Of a DNA stretch of 64,000 bases, positions 30,005-40,774 are shown piece by piece. Both the position numbers and the translations under genes were made by a program. Location: assembly GCA_048885525.1 (NCBI GenBank), contig JBHLLP010000006.1, positions 51,247 to 115,246 of the forward strand, read 5' to 3'. The notes beneath the pieces were generated by a model. That model was given only the letters and a program-made list of their open reading frames with translations, was not told the DNA's origin and did not search any database. Position 1 is the first letter of the stretch. Each line of letters starts with the position of its first letter. Source of the stretch: Candidatus Hermodarchaeota archaeon (GTDB taxonomy: Archaea; Asgardarchaeota; Lokiarchaeia; Sigyniarchaeales; SOKP01).

Positions 30005-31054
30005 ATGCGAGTTGCTAGATATTATAGTAATAATGATATAAGGATTGATGATATACAAAAACCAATAATCGGTCCTGGAGAATTTCTGGTTAAAGTCAAA
30101 AAGTCGGGAATATGCGGATCTGATATATTAGAATATTATAGAAAAGCAAAAATGAAAAAACTGGGAGTAAGGTCTTTAATTTTAGGTCATGAGATCGCTG
30201 GAGATGTGGTAGAAATAAGTAAGACTATACCAAATCTTAAAATAGGGGATCGCGTATTTGTTTCTCATCATGTGCCGTGTTTTGAATGTCACTATTGTAA
30301 GCAAGGGCATCATACGGCATGTAATCTACTCCATAATACGAATTTTGACCCTGGAGGGTTCGCTGAATATGTTAGAGTCCCAAAAATAAATGTAGAAAAA
30401 AAAGGTGTTTACGTTTTAGACAAAAACGTTTTATATGAGGAAGCAGTTTTCATTGAGCCTTTAGGTTGTGTTTGTCGAGCACAACGTTTAGCAAATGTTA
30501 AAAAAGGATTAAGTGTCTTGATTTTAGGTTGTGGTGCATCTGGATTATTACATATACAATTAGCAAAACTTAGAGGAGCTAAAAATGTTATCGCAACTGA
30601 TATTAATGAATTTCGTTTACAAAAAGCGAAAGAATTTGGAGCTGATGTAGTTTTTCATGCAAATGAAGATTTACCAGAAGAAATGAAAAAGATCAATAAA
30701 AATAGATTAGCTGATATTGTGATAGTTTGTACTGGAGCAGTATCAGCAGCAAATCAAGCTTTAGAATGTGCAGCTCCAGGAAGTAAAATCATTTTTTTTG
30801 CAGTCCCAGAACCATGGGTTTACCTTAATGTTCCAATAAATAACTATTGGAGAAACGAGATTACTATTATGACTTCTTATGGGGCCGCTCCTGAAGATCT
30901 TGATGAAGCATATAATTGGATCCTTTCTAAGAGAATTAATGTTGTAGATTTGATTACTCACAGATTCCCGCTCAGTAAAGCTGGTGAAGCATTTAAAACA
31001 GTATGTGAAGCTGGTGAATCTATCAAAATAATTTTAGAACCAGAAGAAGAATGA
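30005..31054 (+). CDS. Zn-dependent alcohol/polyol dehydrogenase (MDR family)
   Basis: GICGSD, GHE, structural Zn CxxCxxC...C, GCGASG. Confidence 0.88.
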   Translation: MRVARYYSNNDIRIDDIQKPIIGPGEFLVKVKKSGICGSDILEYYRKAKMKKLGVRSLILGHEIAGDVVEISKTIPNLKIGDRVFVSHHVPCFECHYCKQGHHTACNLLHNTNFDPGGFAEYVRVPKINVEKKGVYVLDKNVLYEEAVFIEPLGCVCRAQRLANVKKGLSVLILGCGASGLLHIQLAKLRGAKNVIATDINEFRLQKAKEFGADVVFHANEDLPEEMKKINKNRLADIVIVCTGAVSAANQALECAAPGSKIIFFAVPEPWVYLNVPINNYWRNEITIMTSYGAAPEDLDEAYNWILSKRINVVDLITHRFPLSKAGEAFKTVCEAGESIKIILEPEEE

Positions 31055-31063
31055 ATGAAAATT

Positions 31064-32029
31064 CTATTTATTGAAATACTTACTTCTCTGGATATGCTTC
31101 CGAATTATCCAAGATTCCCAAAATGTATATATTTCTAGTAAAAAATCTTTTAATTTCTTTTTTGGGAAAAATAAATCCATTTTAAGTAATTTTCTGACTG
31201 CTTCATCTTCAGATTTTTTCATTGAATTTGATGTTTTTAAAGCTTGATCGACATGGTTTTGATTATTCTCAATCTTAGTTCTCATATATTCAAACGGATG
31301 AGTATCCGGGTTTTTAACTATATATGAATGACTTGAAGTTAAATATCGAGCATCATTCAAAAAAATAGACTCTGCTCGATTAATATCTTCAAGATATTGT
31401 TGAATTGAAGCCTGTTTGAACCCATACCAAGGGCCAAAACCATCAATTTCTGGTTTTGGCTTATCAAATCCTAAGCAACTAATATGAAATACTTTTTCTT
31501 TAGGTAAGAAAAAACCAATATGTGCTTTTGAGTGTCCTGGAAATGAGATGGTATTCATACGTAAGTTTTCAAAATTTAGTGATTCGCCTGGTTCGAAAGA
31601 TTTTACTTGTTTGCAATTCTGAAATCCATTTAATTCACCAAATTTTACAACAGTAGAATAATCCATTACTTCGTCAAAACCAAACCCTCTATAAAAATTA
31701 TGAAGATCTATTAAATATTTTGCTTCAGGACTTGGAGCGTGGATGATAGTTCCACTTTGCTCCCAAGCATATATGTGACAAGTGTGATCTACATGTGCGT
31801 GAGTACACACATAATTTGAGACCGGTCCGTATATATTATTTATAGCTTTAATATATTTAGGTTCAATATTTAAATCCAGTGCTAATGTAGAATTATTTCT
31901 ACCTTCTTTAGGTAAAATTAGAAGCCCATCACAGCAAGAAAATAAGAAGGGTGTTTTTTTTTGATGGATTAATAAAATATCCTCTGTTACTTTCCTTATA
32001 TCAATGTTACCTATTTTTGGAAGAAACAT
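31064..32029 (-). CDS. MBL-fold metallo-hydrolase
   Basis: THAHVDH, PGHS, SSH. Confidence 0.8.
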   Translation of the reverse strand: MFLPKIGNIDIRKVTEDILLIHQKKTPFLFSCCDGLLILPKEGRNNSTLALDLNIEPKYIKAINNIYGPVSNYVCTHAHVDHTCHIYAWEQSGTIIHAPSPEAKYLIDLHNFYRGFGFDEVMDYSTVVKFGELNGFQNCKQVKSFEPGESLNFENLRMNTISFPGHSKAHIGFFLPKEKVFHISCLGFDKPKPEIDGFGPWYGFKQASIQQYLEDINRAESIFLNDARYLTSSHSYIVKNPDTHPFEYMRTKIENNQNHVDQALKTSNSMKKSEDEAVRKLLKMDLFFPKKKLKDFLLEIYTFWESWIIRKHIQRSKYFNK

Positions 32030-32198
32030 CGAATTGAATAATAATATATTAATCCAATTGCAATTAAAAATAAATCAAAATTTAATAAATTGAGCTTATT
32101 AAAAGCAAAGTTTAAATTATTACATCCTGGTTTCTAAGGGTCTTTAAAGGCAAAAATTAAAAAAAAAAAGTTGATTAAATCTATAATTTACCTGTCTT

Positions 32199-32603
32199 CT
32201 AAAACAATGGTTTTATTTTATCTTCCTGCTGTAGAAAAGTTAGTAGAAATAGGGCTAGCATAATTATACAAATTATAAGCGATAGTAAAAACATAGTTAG
32301 GGTATAAACAGGGTAATTAATGATCGTAGTTATTAAGCAAGCAACTAGCCATACAATCTCAAGAATTACCACAATTCTAACTTGTTTCCATTCTTTCGCC
32401 AAAAAGCCAAATAGAGAACTCACTGTAAGTGCAGCAAATAGAGATGCAATGGTCAAAGTCAGGGCATGAGTTTCTACAGAGGGATTAATCAAGGCTATAG
32501 GACCAGTAATATCCGGCATAAAAAATAGGATTGTAAATATAAGCGCCACTACGAAATGGATTATAAAAGTTAATTTCGTAAATTTTAAAATTTCTTCAGC
32601 CAT
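32199..32603 (-). CDS. Hypothetical 4-TM membrane protein
   Basis: Four hydrophobic segments. Confidence 0.65.
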   Translation of the reverse strand: MAEEILKFTKLTFIIHFVVALIFTILFFMPDITGPIALINPSVETHALTLTIASLFAALTVSSLFGFLAKEWKQVRIVVILEIVWLVACLITTIINYPVYTLTMFLLSLIICIIMLALFLLTFLQQEDKIKPLF

Positions 32604-32723
32604 TTTTTAAATCACACTTTGACAGAATTCTTTTTATTAAATGATTTTGCATATATATTTTCCCTACCATATAAATTTAGAAATCTTAAAATATGAAAAA
32701 TAATAAGAAATAGAAAAAAAGAA

Positions 32724-33518
32724 TTACAATCCCTTAGGACCTTGCTTATATATTTCATACGCTTCATCTACGGAAGCATTTTCATGAACAATAGCCCTTA
32801 CGGCTTGAATCATGCCCAATGGGCTATCACTCTGAAAGATATTTCTTCCCATATCTACTCCTACTGCCCCGCTCTCAACAGCATTCTTACTCATTTGTAA
32901 TGCGTCTCTCTCCTCAATTTTTTTCCCTCCTGCGATTACAATTGGTGCCGGACATATACTTGTTACTTCTTTAAAGTTCTCACAATAATATGTTTTTACG
33001 AAGGTGGCACCTAATTCCGCAGCCATTCTACTTGCCATCCCTAGATATCGTGCATCTCTTACCATATCTCTTCCAACAGCAGTGACTGCCAATGTAGGAA
33101 TACCATATTCTTGACCCCAATTAACTAATTTTGAAAGATTCATTAAAGTTTGCTTTTCATATTCCCCACCTACAAAAATTGAACAAGTAACGGCTGATAC
33201 ATTTAATCTTATCGCATCATCAATTGCAACATTTATTTCTTCATTAGAGAGTTCCTTTAACATTGATGCACCTGCTGATACTCTTAAAACAATAGGTACA
33301 TCAATTTCAGAAGGAACACAATTTCTCAGCATCCCTCTTGTCAACATGAGAGCATCAGCATATTCAAATAAGGGTTTCATATCAGTAAAACATTTTAATT
33401 GACCAGGAACATTTCCAAAATATCCATGATCAATTGCTAACATAACACAACGCCCACTTTTAGGCTTAATTATTCTGTTAAAGCGGTTCTGAAACCCCCA
33501 ATCACCAACTACTACCAC
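32724..33518 (-). CDS. lsrF: LsrF-like class I aldolase/thiolase (DhnA family)
   Basis: DWG..NR, MLAIDHGYF, ELGA.FVKTYYC, IVIAGGKK, GVDMGRNIFQ. Confidence 0.85.
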   Translation of the reverse strand: MVVVGDWGFQNRFNRIIKPKSGRCVMLAIDHGYFGNVPGQLKCFTDMKPLFEYADALMLTRGMLRNCVPSEIDVPIVLRVSAGASMLKELSNEEINVAIDDAIRLNVSAVTCSIFVGGEYEKQTLMNLSKLVNWGQEYGIPTLAVTAVGRDMVRDARYLGMASRMAAELGATFVKTYYCENFKEVTSICPAPIVIAGGKKIEERDALQMSKNAVESGAVGVDMGRNIFQSDSPLGMIQAVRAIVHENASVDEAYEIYKQGPKGL

Positions 33519-33635
33519 TTTTCATTCCCTTTTTAATATTTTGAATATAAATTTACACTATTTTTTTAAATAAATTAATGATCACTATTTTTACTTTTTC
33601 GAAATAACACAAGTAAGGAAAGTTAATCAGAAAAA

Positions 33636-34484
33636 TTAAATGACACTTAAGAATTCTCCAACTCTATTTTTAATTTTTAATACAATTTTTTTTGAGATAT
33701 TTCGCCTAATAAACTCTTTAATCAAGTTCAAGCGATAATTACTAATTTTTTTTATACTAAAGGCTTTTGAAATTTTATCTATTAAATCATCTTCATAAAT
33801 TTGATCAACTCCTTCGAGAATTGATATAGTATAATGCACTTCACTTATTAGTTTAGATATATCTTGTTGCAGGAGTTTCAATTGCTCTTCTTCATCAATG
33901 ATTTCTAAGGCTCTCTTTATGATTTGTTCCTCGAATTTTAATTTCATTGTCCATGGAGTCTGAAAAATATGTTGAGATGTATCTAATATTAGTGCATTTT
34001 TATCCTTAATCTTAATTTTATTTATATCAGGATCTTCAATAATATGGATTGTTTTGCTTCCCCTATATGTCTCTGGTAATATATTATCTCCGATTGAATT
34101 TAGTAGATGTTCAGTATATTCGAAATTATCATCTTTTATAATATAAGAAGGATAATTAAATATTTTTCCATGAATGAGACTAAAAATTCCGTAGATACCA
34201 AAAATGTTAATTAAGTTTCTGAGATTTACCCTTCCAGCACTCTTCCTATCAACTTCAGGAGAAACCGTACTCATCAGAATATCAATCTTCTCATAACCCC
34301 TTATAATTCCTTTTGCATCTACAAAGACAATAAATTGGTGTTCACGGCATACCGCATTAATTGGAATTTGAATTTTAATAGTACCAAATTTTTTTTGTAA
34401 GAAAACTGCCTCAGGAATATTAATATTTTTCTCTTTTCCACAGCTTGGACATGTAATAGCAAGTACTTTAAATGATTCAGCCAT
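33636..34484 (-). CDS. Hypothetical protein with N-terminal Zn-binding domain
   Basis: CPSC...VCREHQF.VFVD.KG.IRGYEKID. Confidence 0.6.
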   Translation of the reverse strand: MAESFKVLAITCPSCGKEKNINIPEAVFLQKKFGTIKIQIPINAVCREHQFIVFVDAKGIIRGYEKIDILMSTVSPEVDRKSAGRVNLRNLINIFGIYGIFSLIHGKIFNYPSYIIKDDNFEYTEHLLNSIGDNILPETYRGSKTIHIIEDPDINKIKIKDKNALILDTSQHIFQTPWTMKLKFEEQIIKRALEIIDEEEQLKLLQQDISKLISEVHYTISILEGVDQIYEDDLIDKISKAFSIKKISNYRLNLIKEFIRRNISKKIVLKIKNRVGEFLSVI

Positions 34485-34604
34485 ATTGCTTTCTGAAAAA
34501 TTAATGTTTCTATTATTAATAAATAGATAAACTCTACATAAAAAATTTAATGAAATTATTTAAATTTAAAATTTAATATCTATAAATGAAATCCTTTGAA
34601 TTTA

Positions 34605-35327
34605 CTAATAGGATTTAGTTTCTAGGAGTTTTTGAAATTGTTTTTTCCAAATTTGATAATCTATCACATAGTTAAAACCACAAACAGTATCAAATTCTCC
34701 TCTTTCGATAATTTTATTCAATTTTTTTGCTCCTTCTATAGTTGGTTGTATCGAACTATAAGGATTTAAAAGAAAATCTTGACCAGATTGGATTATGTAA
34801 TCACAAATAAAAAGAACCTTTTCAAAAATATAAAAAGTAAATCCTGATGTGTGACCATCAATATGATATGCTTCTATACCAGAGATCTTAAAATTCTGAG
34901 TAAACTTTTTATCAAAAGGATATAGCTTAGAAAGTGAGTGTTCAGAATCATTCTTATGAATCCATACAAATGCAGTATAATATCCTCTATAAAGATTTGA
35001 TGCTCCAAGGAAATGTTGGTGTGTGAACAATATTTTATCCATCGGTTCTAAATCTTTAGAGAAGGTAGAAGGGCAATCAATCCAAATTATTTTATTATCT
35101 ACTTCAATACTATAAGCAGAATGTTCAAGCCCTAAAGATGGATATGAATTTAAGCAGAATACTTTATCATTAACTCTTGAATACACAATTTTAAACTTTT
35201 GTGAACACTCTTCAGCAGTTATAAAATTTTCACGAGAGGCACCACAGAAAGGACAAAATTGATAATAGTGCCCTATCATATTATAACCACATTTTTTACA
35301 AACATATTGCCCTTCTAGGGGTGTCAT
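34605..35327 (-). CDS. MBL-fold hydrolase with N-terminal rubredoxin-like domain
   Basis: CKKCG...CPFCG; FTHQHF; GHT. Confidence 0.75.
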   Translation of the reverse strand: MTPLEGQYVCKKCGYNMIGHYYQFCPFCGASRENFITAEECSQKFKIVYSRVNDKVFCLNSYPSLGLEHSAYSIEVDNKIIWIDCPSTFSKDLEPMDKILFTHQHFLGASNLYRGYYTAFVWIHKNDSEHSLSKLYPFDKKFTQNFKISGIEAYHIDGHTSGFTFYIFEKVLFICDYIIQSGQDFLLNPYSSIQPTIEGAKKLNKIIERGEFDTVCGFNYVIDYQIWKKQFQKLLETKSY

Positions 35328-35432
35328 TTCAGTTTATTTCTCAGAGACTATTTAATTATTAATAAACCTTCTTTTGGATTATTTCTTATTGAATATATTA
35401 TAATTTTTTGTATATATTAAATTGGTAAAATT

Positions 35433-36719
35433 ATGAATATTAACGTTTCTGAAGAAGATTCGAATTATATGTATGACTTTGTGAAAAGAATCATTGATGA
35501 AATTGGACCAAGAATGTCATGTAGTTCACAAGAAGCAGAAGCAGCTGAATTTATTAAGCATGAGCTTGAAAAATCGTGCGATGAGGTTTTGGTTGAGAGT
35601 TTTAGTTGTCATCCAAAGGCATTTTTAGGTTGGATTAAAATAGATATGATTATGATTGTAATATCTATCCTCCTTTATTTTATAAGTCAGATATTTACTG
35701 AGCAATTATGGTTATTTGTTATAGCTGTAATATCCTTTCTTTTTGTATTATTACCGTTTTTAATTATGTGGGAAGAATTTTTTAATTATAGAGAGTTTAT
35801 TGATCCATTATTTCGTAAAAAAACCTCACAGAATGTAATTGGTAAATTCAAGTCAGAAGGAGAGCTAGACAGAATTATTACTTTTTCAAGTCATATGGAT
35901 ACCGCCATTGAATTTAAATTGATGAAAATTTTAGGATGGAAATTTATACCCATAGCATTCGGAGTAATTTTTCTTATACTATTCTGGTTGATTCTTTCAA
36001 TTTTACATTTAGCCTTTATTTTAATTGGATTTATTAACTTGAAAGCAATCTTTCTCAATATTATGATTTGGACTCTTATTATTGGAAGTCCTTTTATTAT
36101 CCTCCTATACTTCTTTGTACCGCTAGGAGACAAGGGGAATGTAGTACCGGGTGCAGCAGATAATTTAAGTAGTTGTTCAGTTATTCTAGGACTGGGAAGA
36201 TATCTAAAAAGAAATAGAGAGGTTATCCCACCTAATACTGAGATAAGATTGATTAGTTTTGGATGTGAAGAAGTTGGCTTAAGAGGGTCATATCGGTATG
36301 TAGAAGCTCATTATGAAGAATTAAAAAAATATAATACTCTTATTGTAAATATGGATGGACTTGAGAAACCCGATCATATTTATATAATAGAATTCGAACC
36401 AACTACAAGAACTTGGCACTCTAAAGAAGTTATTCAAAAATTATCAAGAGCAGCAGAAATGGTAAATGTTAAAGCAAAAAAGATGGGATCAAGAAGATTA
36501 GAGAAAGCATTAGGGCGTCTTACCGGTGGTTCAGATGCAGCAGCTTTTTCAAAAGCAGGTATTAAGGCAGGATTTATAAATGCAGCAGATTGGAAAAATC
36601 GTTCTAGTTATTATCATCAATCTGGAGATACACTTGATAAGATTGAAAAAGGAACTTTAGAAAGTGTATTAAAAATCTGTATAGCATTCTTAATAAATGA
36701 ATCAAATGTTCAAGAATAA
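35433..36719 (+). CDS. Membrane-embedded M28 family metallopeptidase
   Basis: SHMDT, GAADNLS, GCEE, DA, YYH...DT with inserted TM pairs. Confidence 0.85.
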   Translation: MNINVSEEDSNYMYDFVKRIIDEIGPRMSCSSQEAEAAEFIKHELEKSCDEVLVESFSCHPKAFLGWIKIDMIMIVISILLYFISQIFTEQLWLFVIAVISFLFVLLPFLIMWEEFFNYREFIDPLFRKKTSQNVIGKFKSEGELDRIITFSSHMDTAIEFKLMKILGWKFIPIAFGVIFLILFWLILSILHLAFILIGFINLKAIFLNIMIWTLIIGSPFIILLYFFVPLGDKGNVVPGAADNLSSCSVILGLGRYLKRNREVIPPNTEIRLISFGCEEVGLRGSYRYVEAHYEELKKYNTLIVNMDGLEKPDHIYIIEFEPTTRTWHSKEVIQKLSRAAEMVNVKAKKMGSRRLEKALGRLTGGSDAAAFSKAGIKAGFINAADWKNRSSYYHQSGDTLDKIEKGTLESVLKICIAFLINESNVQE

Positions 36720-36792
36720 GTTTTTATAATTTACTTTTTTTTACTTTTTAATTTTCAAATAAAATAATACTCTGATTAGGAGGGGATTTTTA

Positions 36793-38097
36793 TTGCAGAT
36801 TGAAATTTCAAAGGAAGATTCGGAATATATGTATAATATAATCCAAAAGATAATTGATGAATGTGGTCCTCGAATGCCTTGTAGCCCACAAGAAGCTAAA
36901 GGAGCAGAAATGATAAAAAATGAACTTGAAGAGACTTGCGACTCTGTAGACATGGAAACTTTCAGATGTCATCCGAGAGCTGCATTAGGTTGGATCAGAG
37001 TTGATGTTTTATTAGTTATATTGTCCTTTAGCTGTTTTTTTCTAGTACAACTATTTTTAGATACTTATTGGACTCTTATTTTGGCAATTATTATATTTGG
37101 TTTAAATTTATTAGCTTTTCTGTTTGAATGGTACGAATTTTTTAATTACAAAGAGTTTATTGATCCTTTATTTAAAAAAAAATCATCTCAAAACGTAATA
37201 GGTAAATTTAAAGCTGAAAAAGAAACAAAGAATATTATCATTTTTTCAGGACATACAGATAGTCAATATCAATTTAATCTTTTGACATATTTAAAAGGTG
37301 CTTATGGCATAATAGCACTTCTAGGGTTAGGAATATTATTTCTCTGGCTTTGGGTTTCACTTATATTTCTATTTCTGACAATAATTACATTTATTGTAAG
37401 ATTTCCAATAACCTATGAGACATTTTTTAATATTGCTATATGGCTTTTAATAATAGGAGGTATACCCTTAATTACACTAATTTTTTTCACATCCCCCGGA
37501 GAAAGAGCAAATAAGGTTCCCGGTGCTGTTGATAATCTAAGTGCCGTTGCTGTTGTATTAGGGCTTGGTCGCTACTTAAAAAAGAATAAAGATATCATCC
37601 CTAAAAACACAGAGATAAGATTAATTTCTTTTGGGTGCGAGGAAGCATTTCTGAGAGGGGCATTTCGCTATGTTGCTTCACATTCATATGAGTTAAAAGA
37701 ATATACCACTGAATGTATTAATATAGAAATAATTCAAAATACGGATAAAATCATTATTTTAAATTTCGAACCCACAACAAGGACGCATCATTCCGAAGAA
37801 TTAGTTCAAAAGGTCTATAAAGCAGTAGAATCAGTAGATATTAAAGCAAAAATCTCGCGCATGGGGGGTGATAGCCCCTTAGAAAGACTTATTGGCATAA
37901 CATCAGGAGGTACAGACGCGACAGCGTTTTCTAAATCAGGTATCAAAGCATGTACTATAACATCCGGTGATTTTTTAGAAATATCAGAATATTGGCATAC
38001 ACCTAGAGATACCTTTGATAAGATTAAGCAAGGGGCATTAGAAAATGCATTAAAGGTGTGTATTGGATACTTAATAAATGAATCTAAAAAGAATTAG
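36793..38097 (+). CDS. Membrane-embedded M28 family metallopeptidase (tandem paralog)
   Basis: GHTDS, GAVDNLS, GCEE, YWHT..DT. Confidence 0.85.
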   Translation: MQIEISKEDSEYMYNIIQKIIDECGPRMPCSPQEAKGAEMIKNELEETCDSVDMETFRCHPRAALGWIRVDVLLVILSFSCFFLVQLFLDTYWTLILAIIIFGLNLLAFLFEWYEFFNYKEFIDPLFKKKSSQNVIGKFKAEKETKNIIIFSGHTDSQYQFNLLTYLKGAYGIIALLGLGILFLWLWVSLIFLFLTIITFIVRFPITYETFFNIAIWLLIIGGIPLITLIFFTSPGERANKVPGAVDNLSAVAVVLGLGRYLKKNKDIIPKNTEIRLISFGCEEAFLRGAFRYVASHSYELKEYTTECINIEIIQNTDKIIILNFEPTTRTHHSEELVQKVYKAVESVDIKAKISRMGGDSPLERLIGITSGGTDATAFSKSGIKACTITSGDFLEISEYWHTPRDTFDKIKQGALENALKVCIGYLINESKKN

Positions 38098-38125
38098 GAA
38101 AAAGGAACTTAAAATCTCACCCTTT

Positions 38126-40774
38126 TCATAAATAATTCACTTGTGTATCAGTTTTTACGACTAGTTTCACAAAAAGTATGATGAGGATTGCAGGAATTAA
38201 TCCTAAAAAGCAAATTAAAAATACACTTGTTAGAAATATATCAGAAATAAAGGTATTGAAAAAAATTTGCCCAGCAGAATCTATCAAATAATGTAAAATT
38301 ATGCTAGGAAGAAGACTATTAGTTTTGATGTACATATATCCAAAAGCAAATCCTAATAAAGTAGCATATATTACTTGAAATGACACAGAAATTAGGGCAT
38401 TAATAGGATCAATTCCAATAAGAGTATAAGTAATTAGATTAAATGTATGGGCAAATCCAAACATTACACTGCTAATTATCAGAGATGTTCTTAATTGATG
38501 TTTTTTTAATAGCATAGGAATTACTACTCCACGATAAGCAATTTCTTCCCAAATTCCCGGAATAAGCATATATATAAATAAAAACCATCCAAGCCCTGCT
38601 AATCCAAATCTGAAAGGATTAGGGTTACCAAATAATATTGAGGGGTCAAAAACATAATTTCCAAGAGTAATACCTCCTATAAGTACCACAATCCCAAATA
38701 TTACAAATGAACCAAATCCTATTAGTATATTTCTTAATAGTGGTTTTGTTGTGCTTAACCTTATTTTTTTAGCATAATCTTTAAAAGAAACATTCATTTC
38801 AGGAAGTTTCATACCTTTCGGGATAATTAAAAACCATAAAAGAGTTAAAAATCCAAAAATGAAAAAGAAATCGATGAATAATAATGTTGTATAATCATTA
38901 ATTGTTATAATGCTCAAGAATGGAAGTAAAGCTAAGGATTCAGCAAACACAGATAACCACTGAAAGACAACATATAAAACTGTTAGAACTATAGCACCTA
39001 TAATCGGGTTATTTCTTAAGAAACCCCCAGTTTGATAGGTTGACATCTGTTCTACTTTTGGAAACATTCTGATAAAAATGAATATCATTAATCCTAAACT
39101 AAGAAGACCAATTGCACCCAAAATTATAAGCGCAATAGGTATACCAAAAATAAATATTAAAAAATTTCCTGTTATTAAAATTGCTATATAAAATCCAATT
39201 TCAGATGAAATCATTAAGATCCATTTTAGGATCTTATTTTCCTTATGCAATTCTTCAAGAATGTATTTATATTTCATTTTTCCAAACAATTTAATTTTCA
39301 ATTCAAATATCAACAAAAGCATAGTCCATGCTATTGGCAAAGTTATTAGAAGCAATAAAATTACTATAAATGATTCTACGATTAGAGTAAGTACTATCGA
39401 AGTTACTATAAGTGATACCCCTTGAATTGAAAACATTAATAATATTTTAGCTTTTGCTTGATCTCGAGGAACAAGAGGTAATGAAGCTAATGTTGAACTG
39501 CCTGATTCTTCAATATTCAAGAATCCTACTATTAGCATTATAGGTATAAACATGTAAATAATAAGAATGATAGACCATGCCATTAAAATTACCTCTGTTG
39601 TCATAGGGAACTCATTAAATAACCCTATCATTGATAAAACCATTATTAATGGATAAAAAATGGGGAAGAATATAAACATAAAAGACTGAATATCTCGAGT
39701 TGAAGAAGTTATATCTTTACGTATATATGCTTTAATTGGTGAGATAGATTTTAATTCGAATTGAATCTCTCTCTTTTCTACTTTCTCAATTTTGATTTCT
39801 GTTGAAATTGCACTATTTAAAGCCCGCTGCGCTATTTGGAATATAGTCCATGTTAATACAATGCTTAACGCAACCCCAGTTAATGTAGTAAGTATTAAAA
39901 TAGGATGTACTTGATATTGAAGAGTAGTAAGTGATACTAGAAATGCAGGGGCACATAGGAAAGGAACTAAGCTTAAAATAAATATTAAAATGAATGGAGG
40001 ATCATTAGTAGAAAATACTGCAAAAAATCCTTCAACAGCACTCATTCCCCAACTAAATATAAAACTAGTACCAAACATGATAATAAAATATCCTAACATC
40101 GTTACAGTTCTAATTATATTCGCGTTTTTTGATTTTATTTTCGATTCTGAAAAAAGAAAACTCATTTTCTCCCCAATTATTACCATAATACTAAAACTGA
40201 AAATCACATTTAAAATGGATACAGCTACACAAATTAAAAAAATTATAATGTTTTGTGTTGCGATAAGCATAATAATTGGAAATCCAGCAATTAATATTAT
40301 CAAAGGAATATTTAAATTGCGAAATAAAGTCATTAGACCTATTTTTCTTAAACTTTTTTTAGAAAATGGAAGAGTCTGCAACCATTTGAAAGCATTACCT
40401 GACATGTAAGATCCAGTTGAGATCAATCCAAACATAAGCATATACATGAGTGTCATCCCAAAGAATATCATAAATAAAAAAGAAGAGACAAAAAAAACTG
40501 TATTTATCGTGTAAAAACCCATATTATCTCTCATTTGGAAATACGTAATTAATGGTAGTAGAGGTAAAAATAAAAAAAGAAATGAAAAAACAAATTTAAG
40601 TGCTCTAGATTGATTTTTGATATAATTTTTATTCTTCTTCAGTTTTTCAATAAATTTTGCTTGATGTGCTCCAGCGCTAGCTATCTGGCTCTCCATTAAA
40701 ATCTCATAAGTAGGGTATTTCGCTAAAGAATAGAAAGATCTTTTTTTTTTCCCTTCCATATTCATCAACACCAT
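38126..40774 (-). CDS. ABC-2-type permease-like membrane protein fused to a C-terminal CPBP protease
   Basis: Multi-TM with two LP(F/L) permease loops; C-terminal EEIAYRG, FGFAH, HYLID. Confidence 0.75.
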   Translation of the reverse strand: MVLMNMEGKKKRSFYSLAKYPTYEILMESQIASAGAHQAKFIEKLKKNKNYIKNQSRALKFVFSFLFLFLPLLPLITYFQMRDNMGFYTINTVFFVSSFLFMIFFGMTLMYMLMFGLISTGSYMSGNAFKWLQTLPFSKKSLRKIGLMTLFRNLNIPLIILIAGFPIIMLIATQNIIIFLICVAVSILNVIFSFSIMVIIGEKMSFLFSESKIKSKNANIIRTVTMLGYFIIMFGTSFIFSWGMSAVEGFFAVFSTNDPPFILIFILSLVPFLCAPAFLVSLTTLQYQVHPILILTTLTGVALSIVLTWTIFQIAQRALNSAISTEIKIEKVEKREIQFELKSISPIKAYIRKDITSSTRDIQSFMFIFFPIFYPLIMVLSMIGLFNEFPMTTEVILMAWSIILIIYMFIPIMLIVGFLNIEESGSSTLASLPLVPRDQAKAKILLMFSIQGVSLIVTSIVLTLIVESFIVILLLLITLPIAWTMLLLIFELKIKLFGKMKYKYILEELHKENKILKWILMISSEIGFYIAILITGNFLIFIFGIPIALIILGAIGLLSLGLMIFIFIRMFPKVEQMSTYQTGGFLRNNPIIGAIVLTVLYVVFQWLSVFAESLALLPFLSIITINDYTTLLFIDFFFIFGFLTLLWFLIIPKGMKLPEMNVSFKDYAKKIRLSTTKPLLRNILIGFGSFVIFGIVVLIGGITLGNYVFDPSILFGNPNPFRFGLAGLGWFLFIYMLIPGIWEEIAYRGVVIPMLLKKHQLRTSLIISSVMFGFAHTFNLITYTLIGIDPINALISVSFQVIYATLLGFAFGYMYIKTNSLLPSIILHYLIDSAGQIFFNTFISDIFLTSVFLICFLGLIPAILIILFVKLVVKTDTQVNYL

